Shown here: in pieces, positions 24,601 through 37,699 of the stretch
Layout of the letters: the number at the start of each line of letters is the position of its first letter
Position numbering within the stretch: position 1 is the first letter of the stretch
Source of the DNA: Tubiluchus corallicola
Lineage: Eukaryota > Animalia > Priapulida
Direction of reading: 5' to 3'
DNA length: 64,000 bases
Assembly: GCA_030141605.1 (NCBI GenBank)
Contig: JAQGDQ010000019.1
Span: forward strand, 248,001 to 312,000
Notes under the pieces: generated by a model
What the model was told of the DNA's origin: nothing
Databases searched by the model: none
The model's input: the letters and a program-made list of their open reading frames with translations, nothing else
Made by a program: the position numbers and the translations under genes

Positions 24601-27600
24601 ATATTTCATTTTTTTGAATTGCAATTTTCTTGGGCTTGGTCATTAACTTAACCACAGTGATCATAAATCATAAATAGAATTCTGTAACATTGAAATCTGC
24701 TTTATTATAGAATATCCAAAACTTTTTAAAAGTTAATTATCATGTCTAAATTTATCTGATAAAAGTAGAGTTATAAAATTAGAACTACTGGATAAACATA
24801 TTACGTTATTTGGTAATATCGCTTAACATTGCAACCTACCGTAACACACTAACAGGAAATTTGTGCATTGATTTTTGTTTCACCACAAAAGAAAAATTAT
24901 AATTTGTAAATTACTAGCATTTAAAGTTATTTTTAGCGATCGGAAATATTTTTAAATGCACTGTTTTTGACCACAAGGGAGTTTTGGTGACCGTAGCTCA
25001 ATGTGACGCCTGGTAAATTATTCCAGCCATTTTGTTCATCAGTCAGTATTGTTTTACCTTGAGTTTCCTCAATAAAATAAATAATATTAATAATAATGAT
25101 AGTTGTATAAGATGCTTATCTGGCACTAAATTCTGCATTCTCTTTGTAGACAATGGCCTGAAATTATCTTTTCATCCTGCTGTTGCTGAGTTAGGAGCTG
25201 TTTTGTTGGACATATATTACAGTCTAATTTCCATTGGTAATCCAGTATTAGTGCAGTGTTTTGGTAACTCTAATTATGGTACACAGTACGTTAACAATAC
25301 ATCAGCTGGTAAGTGACAAAACCGCATTGTAGTTGTTTGCTTAAGTTGACTTAAGAAAATCAGTGTAACGATGTCAATTGTTTTTTCTTAAATTATTTTT
25401 GTTATTCTTACAGTATTTAAAAACTATTTGCCTGTATATAAATTATAGGTTTTTCACTGAAGATTTTTTTAGTTTTTGACAGATTAGCACAACTCACATC
25501 GAAACTTAAATGCCATCATACATTGGGAATTGAAGATTTTATGACTAGTTTAGGAATTGGATCAGCTTACTGTTCTGTCTAAAAAATGAATTTTCAGAGA
25601 GCTTACTTGAAGCCATAGCTTACATTAAAAATGGGTGTACAGAAGAGAGTAAAAAGCGTAGAGTAGGGGGAGTAGGGGGACATTTGTGCTTTGATATGAT
25701 GTTAAGCAGCACAGGTGGCTGGCTAGAAGAGTAGCAGGAAGACTACTGCTGGGCAATATGAGCTTTGAAATTACTTTTTATATAAGATATTTTCTTGTGT
25801 ATACGCATGCAAATGTGGCTACGGCTTTTCTGCTGTTTTAATGTCTCATCTCTGAGGTTTACACACAATGTCGTTGAATGGTGCTGTACCCTAGGTTGCA
25901 AAGTGTCAAACTATATACTAAAATTTGACTCCATAGAGCTTGTTTCATATGTTTTCAGGCTAGCCTTATATGTTTAAATGCCCACAGTTTGCATAGAAAG
26001 CTATTTTCTACATAAAAATTTGATTTTGCAATTGTTAGTGTTTATATTAAAATTATCTGACACTAGGTGAGTCGGTGATGTTTGTGCTGGATACTGGTTC
26101 CGTCCATTTAACTCCTGTTCAGTCTCCAGTCTACACTACAAAGATTGAGCTATTGTTGCTTCTCGATGCTGCATTGCCTGAAGGCGAACTGATTTTTCAG
26201 TGCTGTGTGGATTCTGTAAGTACAAATGCACATATAATTAAAGTTAACTAACTTTGGCAATAGTTAAGCAAAGAAATATCTCTAGTGTGAAGGAAAAATC
26301 AGATATGTCAGACAATTCAGCTTATCACATTAAATTATTTTCTTTCACAAAGACATCATCTGGTGCTGGTTGTTATATCCTATTTAATTAACATAATTAT
26401 ATGGAAATCTAGTGACATTAAAAACGAACGAAAACCAGTAACTGTGTTTTTCAATATCAACAATACAAAAATAAAAGCAGAGAGTTAATGTATTATCGCA
26501 GTGGCAAGTCAACCAGATAAATCCAAACATTCTACACACAACAAGTTGTTCTGAATTTTCTGTTTAAATTCTGACCAAAGAAATAATGTTTCAATGCTTC
26601 TGAAATTTAAACAATGAACTAGAAGTAAAATTAAGAGGAAATAATCAAGATCCTGACTTTCCTGGAACTTTGAATTGCAATATTTTGGATTCAGTTTTTT
26701 CTTGTTTTGATTTTTGCTATGCCACAATGCTACTTTAATTTTGGTTATAGGCAAGTTTATGTTTGTTGTAGGTATATTACCGTGCCTTGAAAAACAATTG
26801 CGAGAGTTGGCAGTATTTGTTTTAAGTGGGTATCGGAAAGGAGTTGCTTACTGCTTGTGTCGTTTATATTGTGCCATATTATGGCATTGTTAGTGTAATT
26901 ACAACATTTATTTTCTATCAGGATATTGCAGCAATCCAGGCTTTAAGTGGATTGAGTGCCTGCCAGTGTCTTGCAGATTACAGGGGCTTAGATGCTTCAA
27001 TGTTTGTTACCTCATTAGCAGATGAGGCTGTGATTAACAATGCGAGTGCAACATTAACTACCACTAACGTCATTGCTAACACAACAAACACTTTACACTT
27101 GGTGAATGAAACAACTGATGTAAATGAGACGGCACCATCCAATGAGACGACAAGCAATCTAACGACTAATGGTATATAGAGGAATTTATACATTTTACAT
27201 TAAGCTAGTACAGTGATATATTTAATTGATAACATAAGCCCCTATATAACAAGTGAGTTCTCCGTGTTTTTATTTATTTAGTATTCCATTTAGTATTTTG
27301 GTTCCTGTGTATTTAGAACCTTCTCCATGTTTTGCATATAGCAACATATTGTTTTCGTTTGGCTGCAAAATGTTCTGGCTAAAGACAGTGTAATGATGCC
27401 AGAATCAGTAGTATTACATGTTATGTCCATGGTCCCAATCCAGGGACTACTGCTGTCAGTCCCCTTGGGATTGGTGTAAAAGGCAATAATATACATTGTA
27501 CTTTAACAAAGCAAGTAACAAATTGTAACAACATCACTATTAAAAGTAGTATCTGCATTTTTGCACTTATGAACCTCTTACGTGGAACAGATTCAAGATT

Positions 27601-30600
27601 GCTGTTAAGCTGTAAAGAGTAGATCTTACCTGAGGGTTAGTTCTGGAGTCTAGTGTTTGTCACTGGTGGCTCTGGATGCCACTTGGATAGGTTAGAGCAC
27701 CTAGGTTAGAGAATTTCTCTTAAATTTAGAAGATACTGCACACTTGGAAATAATCAAATCAGTGTAGTGTATATAAATCAGGAAGTGGGGGCCCTGGCTT
27801 TTTAAAATCATTTAAATGATTCCTTAAATTGCAATTAGTAAATTTCTTTCTCCTGCAGGCACTGCATCGATCCCACTGGTGTCAAACAATGATGATGCTG
27901 ATAAACAAACGTTTACTGCCGAAACCAACATATCAACTGACAATGGTGTCTGGCAGCTTGTTGAAGACAAATTTTTATTTCAAGTTAGTGCTAATGTTAA
28001 TGTGTTTTTGGTAGAAGTTAATTGATATTTTTTATTATTCTTAGTATACCCACTGTATTTATGATGTTGATGTAGTCAACATGCTCAGCTGTAGTTAGTG
28101 TACATTCTCATCTTCCTGCAGATGTTTTCAAAGCTTTTCTTGTTTTAAGGTCTTGAAACATAAAAACCTTAATATTTAGTACTTTTTGGCACATTACTAA
28201 TAGTTCATCTAAAAAGCTGTTCGATTTTATACTGGGAAGTAATTTTTTTTGAAACTGATACCGTAGATTTTTACAGACGGAAAAAAAAGAAAAACTATAA
28301 ATTGTGCCCTTGTGCTAAATTTTCTCAGGTAGCCAAGCAAATGCCATTCCTTGCCAAAAAATTCATATCATTTGACTGTTACTCATGATGGATATGCATT
28401 TTAAAGGCAAATTTTCATGTTATTTTAATTTTCTTACATAGATATCTTGGTTGTTTTCTTCAGACTGACGAAGTATACAAGAAAATTCAAGTTGTTCGAA
28501 ACAAGTATACACAGAAACCTAGGATAGAATACGTGTCAGTCAGTTGCTGTGTTCCACCAGTTATCAACAACGTCGAAAAGTATATCAATATGACCGTGAA
28601 TTCCACTGTAGCTGCTGACATATCACCAACATGGCAGTTCAGCTGGAACAATACCACAGGTGAGTCATATGATATGAGTATGTGATAAAATTGAGAATTT
28701 GTCTTTATTGTTTTGCACAGAGAGCTGAAATCTTACAGAGTAGATGTGATTCTACTTCAGGTTTCACTTATACTGTTTTGGTCTGTCAAAATAAAGGGTG
28801 TCAGGGCCGAGGAAATGATTGCTCACTTCTGTACAGAAAGAAACTAACAACACCATGCCATTAATCACAACATAAGTGTCTAGTACTGTCATTAATCACA
28901 ACACTAAGGGCCATAAATGAATAGTGTGATTTATGTTAGTTGCGCAATGGTGTCGTCACTCTTTTCTTCAAAAACTTTGTTGATTTTTGATATCTCACAA
29001 TGAGAAGTGAAAAGAATTTAAAAAAAACATTAAATAAAATGTATACTAATGATTAAAGTACTTAAAATATGTTTATATCTATTGGTGATAACTTTTACTA
29101 TATCAGGTCTGTCATATCCTGACACCCTGCAGTTTGTATGGAATCTTAATGTTTGCAGTTTTTACTCTATTCTGTAATCACATTTCTGTTCAACTAACTG
29201 GTCCCCAAGACAAAAATAACACATGTCTACCTTTTCCTACAATTTATACAATAGTTTTTCTTCTTCTTATTTTTATTTTCTATTCTTGGAATGGCTGTAC
29301 AGTGGTAGCAATATGTTAATTTGGTTATAGTGGAAGAAGATCTGGAAACTGAAACAGAATTTCCTGAACCCGAATTTGTGGAAATCTCTCCTTGCACATG
29401 TGATGTTTACACTGCTCATTGTGATACAAACTGTTGTTGCGATAAGGTGAGAGCCAGCAGCTTTACTAATTAATGATTTTTTAATAATTTTTTATGCGCA
29501 AGCATCGTAACTGCTCCCGGAGGCGCAACCAGGGTTTCATTTAGCTAGAGTTGCTAAAGTTTTTTCTTCTTAAAGTTGTCTATTTGAGTTATTTGTCCAT
29601 TTCTCCATGTCTTTTCTTTCATCAGTAGTACCTTTTTGATTGGTGGAGGCATTGGAAATAATGGGAAATTGCGTAATCGTCCACAAAAGTTAACGAACTT
29701 GAGAGCAGCAGTCATCCCCTTCTGTGCCCAGAGGTAACTGGGAGTGGGTGGTCACACACACACACACAGTATAACCTCTAGCAGCACAGTATGTCATTAA
29801 TGGTGTCATTTCTGTGTTTAGTTCAGCTTCATGTAATGTTTTGCCACTTGAAGTGGGGCCCTTAATGCTTGCTGCCCCGGAACCCTCAATGGTTTTCGAG
29901 GGCCCTGGTGGTATTATGAAAATGCACATATCTTGCTCATAGTGAACACTTTTTGTGTAGTTTTTTGTGTTTTGTTCACTGAACTAGCATTTAGTTTTAT
30001 GGTTTGTTAACATTAAGAAACTCTGGCTTAGTACTTCCATGCGTGACTACAGATGATTCCGTTGTTAGTCGTCCAACCTTTGTCTAGCATTAATTAACGG
30101 TGGGAAGTAAACAATAACAGAAATGGCTTGTCAGAAGCAAATTATAGAAAAATACCCATTCATAATATCTTCTGTTTTGCTGCAGTGCTTTTAAGAAATA
30201 TTGCTGATTGTTTTATTAAGAAAACTTTGTGCCTGGTATGATATTTATTAATGTACATAGAAGTGTGGTAACAGGAACAATAACAAGATTATGGAACAAA
30301 TGAGATGGTAATTGTTTTTACAGGATTGTTCTGAAGACGCATTACATGTATTTCATTGTTTGCCAGACCTATTTGGTGGACAAGTTGCTGATCCATATAC
30401 CTATAACTGCTCAGCTCGTTCCCTTTATTCACCTGATTGGTTTTCACTTATGTGTGTGCAAGTCAGTAATACAGCTTATCTCGGTGAATACTTTTCAGTC
30501 GTTGAGGGATTAAGAAGTACAGCAAGGTGAGAGCTAGTATTAAAAAATCGGAAAAACACTTAAAAGGGTTTGTTATTTATTTTTGCACTTTGTTTTTATG

Positions 30601-33600
30601 TTTGGTACAATAAGTCTAAAAATATTTAAATTTGAATTATCTGTATTGCCGTTGCTTTCATTTCGTTATTCCTATGACCAAAGGTAAGCTTTCTAAGTCC
30701 CAGGTGAAAAGAACACAAGGTTTGCCACATTTTTAGTAAATCCATGTAGGATCATTCTATCCATGTTGTGCAGATTAGTTACTAATAGTTCCCAATTCTT
30801 TACTAATTCCAATTTACCAATTCCTAATTAGTTACTAATTCTTTACTGATTTTACTGGCTTTACTGCTACCTTTGCTACATTCAAATTTTACTGTTGTTT
30901 TGTAATTTTAGTTATGCCCAATTTGTAAATAACAGAAAACCTGACTTCGGCTTCCAAGAGACTAGCGAGAGAAATTTTGAAGGTAATGGACAAACTGAAG
31001 AAACAGCCGGCTACATACATGGCAAGTTTCATATCTTAATTTTTTACTTTGAAGAAAACTAGCAAAATTGGATTAGAATGAAGTAAGGAAGTAAACAGCG
31101 TTAAAGTGTTGATTTCTGTAAGCCGATTGTTTTTTTTTTGTATATTTAGAAACACAGCATCTGCTTGAGAAGCATGGAGGCTTATTTTTTAAATTGTGAC
31201 AATACTAGCTTTTTCTGTTGAAAATATATTTCTGGTTATTAGTCTTTAAAAAGTTAATTGTTATTAAGTCTTTAATTCTGTTTAATGTTACATCAAATTT
31301 CATTTACTATTTAGTTCACTAGAATATGGGTTACATTTTTATAGGTGTTTAACATTTACTTAAATGTTAATGTTAATTTTGATTTAGTTTTATGTTTTTG
31401 AATTTTGTGTAATGTTGAACAACTTCACTGATGAATAGTAATAATTCATTTGTCTTAGTAAGTTAGTACATGTACCAATCTTATGTTTGTCAAATACAGC
31501 AATAATAATACTTATAATGTCTAGGTACCACACTTAAGACAAGAGTGGAAATTAATGGTAAAATACAGACTGGATATCTTGCTCTTCCTACACGTTCAAT
31601 CAATGGGCAATGTACTATGGAATCTCCTCTTCGCTACCTTTTTGACTTCTCTGATACTTGTGTAAACACCATAAGCAGTCAACTCTGCAGCGAAGAATCT
31701 ATTTTAAATGCACGCATATATGTGCTTCCATCAGCTGTAACAAAGACCATGTGTCCTTTGCCACCATTGTTGTTAAAGGAACATAATGGAGTTGAAGTAA
31801 CTGACATTGTTGTCGACTATTTGTGTTTAAACAATAGCAACAGAAAGACTGAGAATTTCTCCCTCGCTTCCTTGCTAAATTTCAATACAGTGCTACCAAA
31901 TGGTTTTGCTGATGACCTAATAGACTGCCAATACGTGTACAGTCGCAACATTACTTTGCCACCCCTACCTACATTTAATTCTTCAATAAACATTTGTTCT
32001 AATGTTGTTCTTGATGTGAAGTACACATTTTTCTGGACGGGTACCATGATATCAAAACTTCATGCTTTGATTATACTTGGAAATATTTCTGCCTTTGATA
32101 CTGTATCAACTAAGCCAATTCCTACACAGATTATACAGTCATTTTCTGCTGCGTATCGGCACATTGGACGCAATACATCTCTAGAAAATGATGAGCCAAA
32201 ACACCGCTCTGGTATGCCAGGATACGATATTGGGAAACCCATCTTTAGTGGAGTACTGCAAAACAATTCACAAACAAATGACCAGTACATAGACACAAGC
32301 AAAGCATTCGCTATTATTAAAGCACATAATGATGGTCTTTGTCATAATTCTACAACAGAAGAAATATTATTTGGCTGGAATATTCACACTGGCTGTCTAG
32401 TGAAGCTTAGTTTGGAAGACTTGTCCGACTGTGATAATTTAAATAAGCAAGTGAAACAGTTCCTTGATAATCTTATTCCTTCTTCTCATATCAGTCGTGG
32501 AGGAAGTCCAAATAGGAATGTTCTTGCAGAATGGATTTCAATTATTAGGTAATGGCACATATTGTTTTAATAATTGACTGTTTTGTGCATATATTTATTT
32601 AGCGAATGTTAATTACGAGGTAGTCCTATATTTCATAGTGCTTTTGGTGAAACCATATTACATTTGCAAAGAATATGCTGTGTATATCTAACATGCATAT
32701 ACCTTTTATAATGTAACATTAAGAAAAAACAGAGTTGTAACTGGTCATCAGTATTTCTCATCCACAATTTGTGGGTTTTCATAGTCGACATGACATTGGT
32801 TACACTTGAACAAAAAGTAACTGCTACTGTGGGTGTGTGGTGCAAATTTACCAGGCACAGCTAATCAGTAGTCACTAATTTGAAGTTGTTTCTTATCCTG
32901 GATTTCCTTACATCTATTATAGTTGTATTAAAAGTAATTACAGTGAGTCTATACTTTATTATTGAGCTGTTAGTCTCAGACAAGTCACTCAAAACATTCT
33001 TTTTCTATATACATATAATGAGAAAGGGTTAGTTTTTGGAGCCCACACCAAAACAAGTCCTATTTGGTGTATACATGTGGCATCAATTTATTGGCCTAGC
33101 ACCTGCAAATAGTTCTCTAAGGTGGAATTGAAAGTTCTTGCATAGCTAACTGTTTTAAAATATTAATTTTTTAAATAGACCTAAAATAAAAAAGAATTAC
33201 AAAGAATAGTAGTTTCCTAGGCACCAAAAATAAATATTTTTTGGTACATGCAAAAGGCATATAAATTTGGCCAAATAATTCCAAATTAAGCTTTTGGAAA
33301 AGTTTCGATATTCGGTTCTAAGGTTTTGGCAAATCATTTTAGGCCCATGACAGTTAGAGAAGACAACAGTTAAAAGAGGATATTTCAGCACGTGCTTTTA
33401 GCTTTGCTACAAGCTCTTTCATGATTGTAAACATTTCTAGGGATACAAGAGAGAGTACAAACAAAACTGAAAATGTTACCAACTTTCACAAGAGTGACAC
33501 CTCGGCCACCTACTCCTTCCTTCAACAAAAGGTAAGTTCCAAACTCATCTTGAAAATGATACCAATTTTCAAAAGAATAACATCTTGGCCACTTACTCCT

Positions 33601-36600
33601 TACATATGATACGTGCATAATTATTACCGAAACTTTACATTATGATATTTACAATGATTACATGAGATGAACTGTATTAGTAGTTTACAGTAGTACAAAA
33701 CGATACGTTGGTCTTTTACCTTATAAAATAGTAAACGACCTAGCTCAACTCAGTACAGATTGCCCAGAAAATATATAAACGTGGACAAAAAGCCAATTTG
33801 GTATGAATAGGTAAATAACCTTTTGAGAAGTGATTAGGCAGAAAGCCATATAATAAGGCCTACAAGTTATTGATACAGAATGGTTGCACGTTCATTCATT
33901 AGCAAAGAGAAACTTGTCAGCATATCCAGGCAACCAATGTTGTTAGAAAATAATGACACCATGCCTCAGAATATGCCATGCTGGCACATTTCTCGAACCG
34001 GTAAGTTCCAAACTCATATTTTACATGGGGTGCTTTTCTTGCTGGATTTGGATACCTGATATATGGATGGATCGGGTATCCGGTGCATCCCTAATTTTAT
34101 GTAGCAGTCATGAACTTATGTACTCACTAGTGCTTCAGCATGTAAAGATGTACAGTCATTAGTTATTGAGTATGTGACAGTAATTTAGTTAAATGTTTAT
34201 TTATAAATGTTATTGACAGCAAGGATATGGAGCCTAAGGAATCTATTACATTCATTATTATTTAAAAATCAGAATATGAGATGTACATTTGTTAGTTATG
34301 CACCAGTAATTTATTTTAATGTTTATTTATAAAGATTACCGACAGCAAGGGTATTGAGCCTAGGGAGCCTAGGTTATTTAGAGTTTTGCCTCAACCTATA
34401 TGCGAAAACATAACAAGTGGAGTAATGATAGACATACTTTACACCAAAGCTGGTCAAAGCAATGGGCATTCAATATATGAAATAAATGGAGCTAAGCTAA
34501 AGTGAGTAACAGTATTAATTTAGAAAGGTAAAGTCATGCTGTGCATTTCAGAGTATTTCGACAGGCTACCATAAGACACTGTATTTCTGCTCAAGCTACT
34601 TTTTAACAGCCTTGGCTGATCAGTTTAATCAATGCATCTAGTTAACTTTTCAGCTGTTGAGAGTGTTTAGATTGTAGCCGCATCTATGTGTTTTTGACAG
34701 AAAGCCCTTAATGATTTTATAAAAGGGCGGCAAAATGCAGTCAACTCCCAGATAAATGCAAATGCAAACCCGGATACATTCACCTGTTTGCTTCTGATTA
34801 AACTACTCATTAAAAAGCACCTGTTATCTGTGAAAGCAGAAGCATAAAACAGTTTAATGTAAAAGTATAACAGATAGATTATTTGGTCTTGTCACCAAGC
34901 TTATCGGTCTGGAGAATACCACGATTTTCATATATGTTTAGGTGCTAACTATAGTGTTACACCTTGTGATATATGACAATTTTAGGAAATGTTATTCATC
35001 CAGCTTTTAAACTTATATACCAATTAGCCATAAAAAATTAAAACTTTTGCATTGCATTAGTGGCAGATACATTAATTTCACTAGTTGTGATTGTTTTAAC
35101 GAATTACCAGAATTTATCAGGTCAGCTGTTTTATTTTCTGTTTACAAGTAATTGTGCCTGCTATTTAAGGTACATGTACTCCAACTGGTATTTGAGTTGT
35201 TCTGGAGCAGATGCTATTCGTTGTCAGGGTAACATTACTGCCGTTGAATCATTTGTCATCTCTAGTGAAGTTACATTCACAGAAGTGCCACCTAAGCCAT
35301 TGCCAGTGCAAAAACGGTTAGTCTTTCTGTTATTTCTAAAGTTTTGTACATTTACCTGGCACATTTGTTACTCATAAATTACCCTTCTTAATCTGTTACA
35401 CAAATGCATTTGACAAGGGGAACTGTCCGAGCTGTGCAATAATCAGAGTTCGGCGAAGTCACATATTTTTCTCGGTGAACCACTTTCAGTCAAAGTTACA
35501 CTGAAAGTTAAACCCAATTGTTTCGTCATGACCACTATGTATTTTTCATCAATTCATTATCAGCTAAGTTCATTAATGACAAGATCATTATCAGTGTAAG
35601 ATAACTTTTTGCTGATTCCACAGTGATTTTTATGTAGTGACTAGTGACTACTGTATTATATTATTGGTAAGTTTATTGTTTATTTTACATCCCTATTTAC
35701 ATGACAGCTAGTAAAGCCCCGTACTGTACTGTACCATATTGTACTGACAATAATCTTTTAGTTACTGTTATCAGTTTTTGCCGTTAGTTTGACCTAAGTT
35801 TGTTAATAGTTTGAATGATTTTTCTACACGAAATGTATGCATTTCTTTCTCTTCCTAATATTGCCCGATTTGCCTCCTCGTTTTTACTGTAACCATTCTC
35901 TGGCTCAGAAAAGTCACTAAAAAGTACAGTCACCTCTGTAAAGTCTCTTCCTTGAAATATTCTAGTCAGAGTTATAAAAGGCAGTTCAGGCAGAGAGATT
36001 TTTGTGTGGGAAACTTTGATTAAGTAGTTTCAAACCAAATCCATCTGCATCCGCATCATACTTTACTGAATTGAGCGTTTCCAGCCATATTAGTTCGCTA
36101 AACTGCTATTTAATGATCCAGCTAGCACTGCAAGGAGCAGACCAAAAACAGTGGTTTTTGCATAAATTGTTCCCCCTAAAATATATCGAATTTAGCCATG
36201 TGCAGAATTTTGTGATTGCTTTATAACATGTGACAGTATAACATGTAAGAACAAATTCCGCTTACAGAATTTGAGGCGAGTTGTGTTGCAAATTAAACAG
36301 AATTGAATTTTTGCAGAGTAATGGTGAGTCTACTGCACTTTCCAAATAAGTTTCTTGTTGCTATAAATAGCCTTTGACTCTATGATTTTTGCACTCTCAT
36401 ATTATTTACATGTATTTTTTAGATATTGGGCAAAGAAATTACCAGCAAATTTATGTAAGTATGACACTTGTAGACAAGAGATACTTTATCCACTCACCAG
36501 TGCCTATCTAGGACAGAAACTTTCGTATGGTCTCGAATTTACTTTAATAGGTGTACTCTTCCTTTGTGGTTTGTTCATAGTTACTAAACCATGGTGGTGA
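20753..36600 (+). CDS. TCTN2: Tectonic-2-like ciliary transition-zone protein with an N-terminal Eph-receptor ligand-binding/Cys-rich extension (about 1439 aa, 16 exons)
   Basis: Phase-consistent exons: 20753-21635, 22690-23044, 24266-24432, 25150-25308, 26067-26215, 26922-27171, 27859-27983, 28464-28659, 29331-29446, 30324-30526, 30912-31021, 31525-32548, 33441-33531, 34335-34501, 35170-35316, 36423-36600. They sum to 4320 nt in one open frame. Tectonic motifs: PCTCDVYTAHCDTNCCCDKDCS, FGGQV..PDWFSLMCVQ, RSGMPGYDIGKP, ILFGWN..GC. The TCTN2-type C-terminus is ILYPLT..TM..KPWW*. Confidence 0.8.
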
Positions 36601-37699
36601 AGCATATAAGTGATATCAAACAATGAACATCCAAAGATCAAGAAATCACTTTGTGTATGATTAAAGTTTGTGATCATGACTGTCTACATTTGTCAATTGT
36701 TTTATGGGCAAACTACCAAAGACTGTGGATATTGTTACATGTTTGAAGCAGTTACCTAGTGCCAGGTGACTGAAAATAACAACCGAGAAAACTCCATTTA
36801 TTCCAAGAGCCAATTGATGACAATGTACTGTGACGGCCATCTATACTCGAAATGAAAATTTTCTATATATGGAATAACTTGTGAGAATAAGTAGAACAGT
36901 GTGTCATTTATCAGGAAGCAAATTTTAATGACATATTTTGATGCTCGCGCTGCACAACATCTGGTTGTATACAACCAGAGATGCTTCTCTAAATCTGATG
37001 TTAGTAGTAAACCAACTAGTACTACTAAAATGAATCAACGTGATAGTGCAACAGGACAGTGTTGCATCATTTGGAATGAATTATTTGTTTGCTCAATGCC
37101 GTCTTACTAAATCATGTTTAGGTCTAAATAATGCTAAGTTACTAAAATGAATATTCATTGAGCTGTGAAGGACATGCTACTATTATGACTTACTCCAAAA
37201 CTTTGAGTGGCATTGTTTTTAATGCAAATTTAATGAGCTGCCACACTAAACATGTTAGCAAAAGAATCAGTGCAAATTTTTAACTCAAATGGTCCAAGCT
37301 GGCTAGCACTTTTTATAAATATTCCGTGTACAGTTGAATCTCTGTAATACGATTCGGCTTCAGTACCCTGTGCCATCTAGACACTCTTCACCTGTGGCCA
37401 CAGTGATAATGTTTTTACAACCCATTAAGTCTCGTAATGTTATGCATGTATGTGCAATATAAAAAGCTACTCACATATCTCGCATAAGTCTCGTGAACAG
37501 CATTCAGGCAAATACTACATATTCAACGCTCAGTACAAAAGTTTAAATGAGTTCACGATAAGTTTTGCTTGTAAATCTGCAAAACAGAACCAGACCATCA
37601 ATAACGGTGCAGGTCCCCTGAAGAATAATTGTATAATATTATGTAAAATGGTGGTGATGCTCGATGTTTTAATGAACCATGTCAAACCGCCTCGGCATA

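Noticed and set aside
27290-27500. Possible extra exon (ITCYVHGPNPG..) in the tectonic gene
   Set aside because: The acceptors tested gave stops in the required phase, and the flanking exons already join in frame
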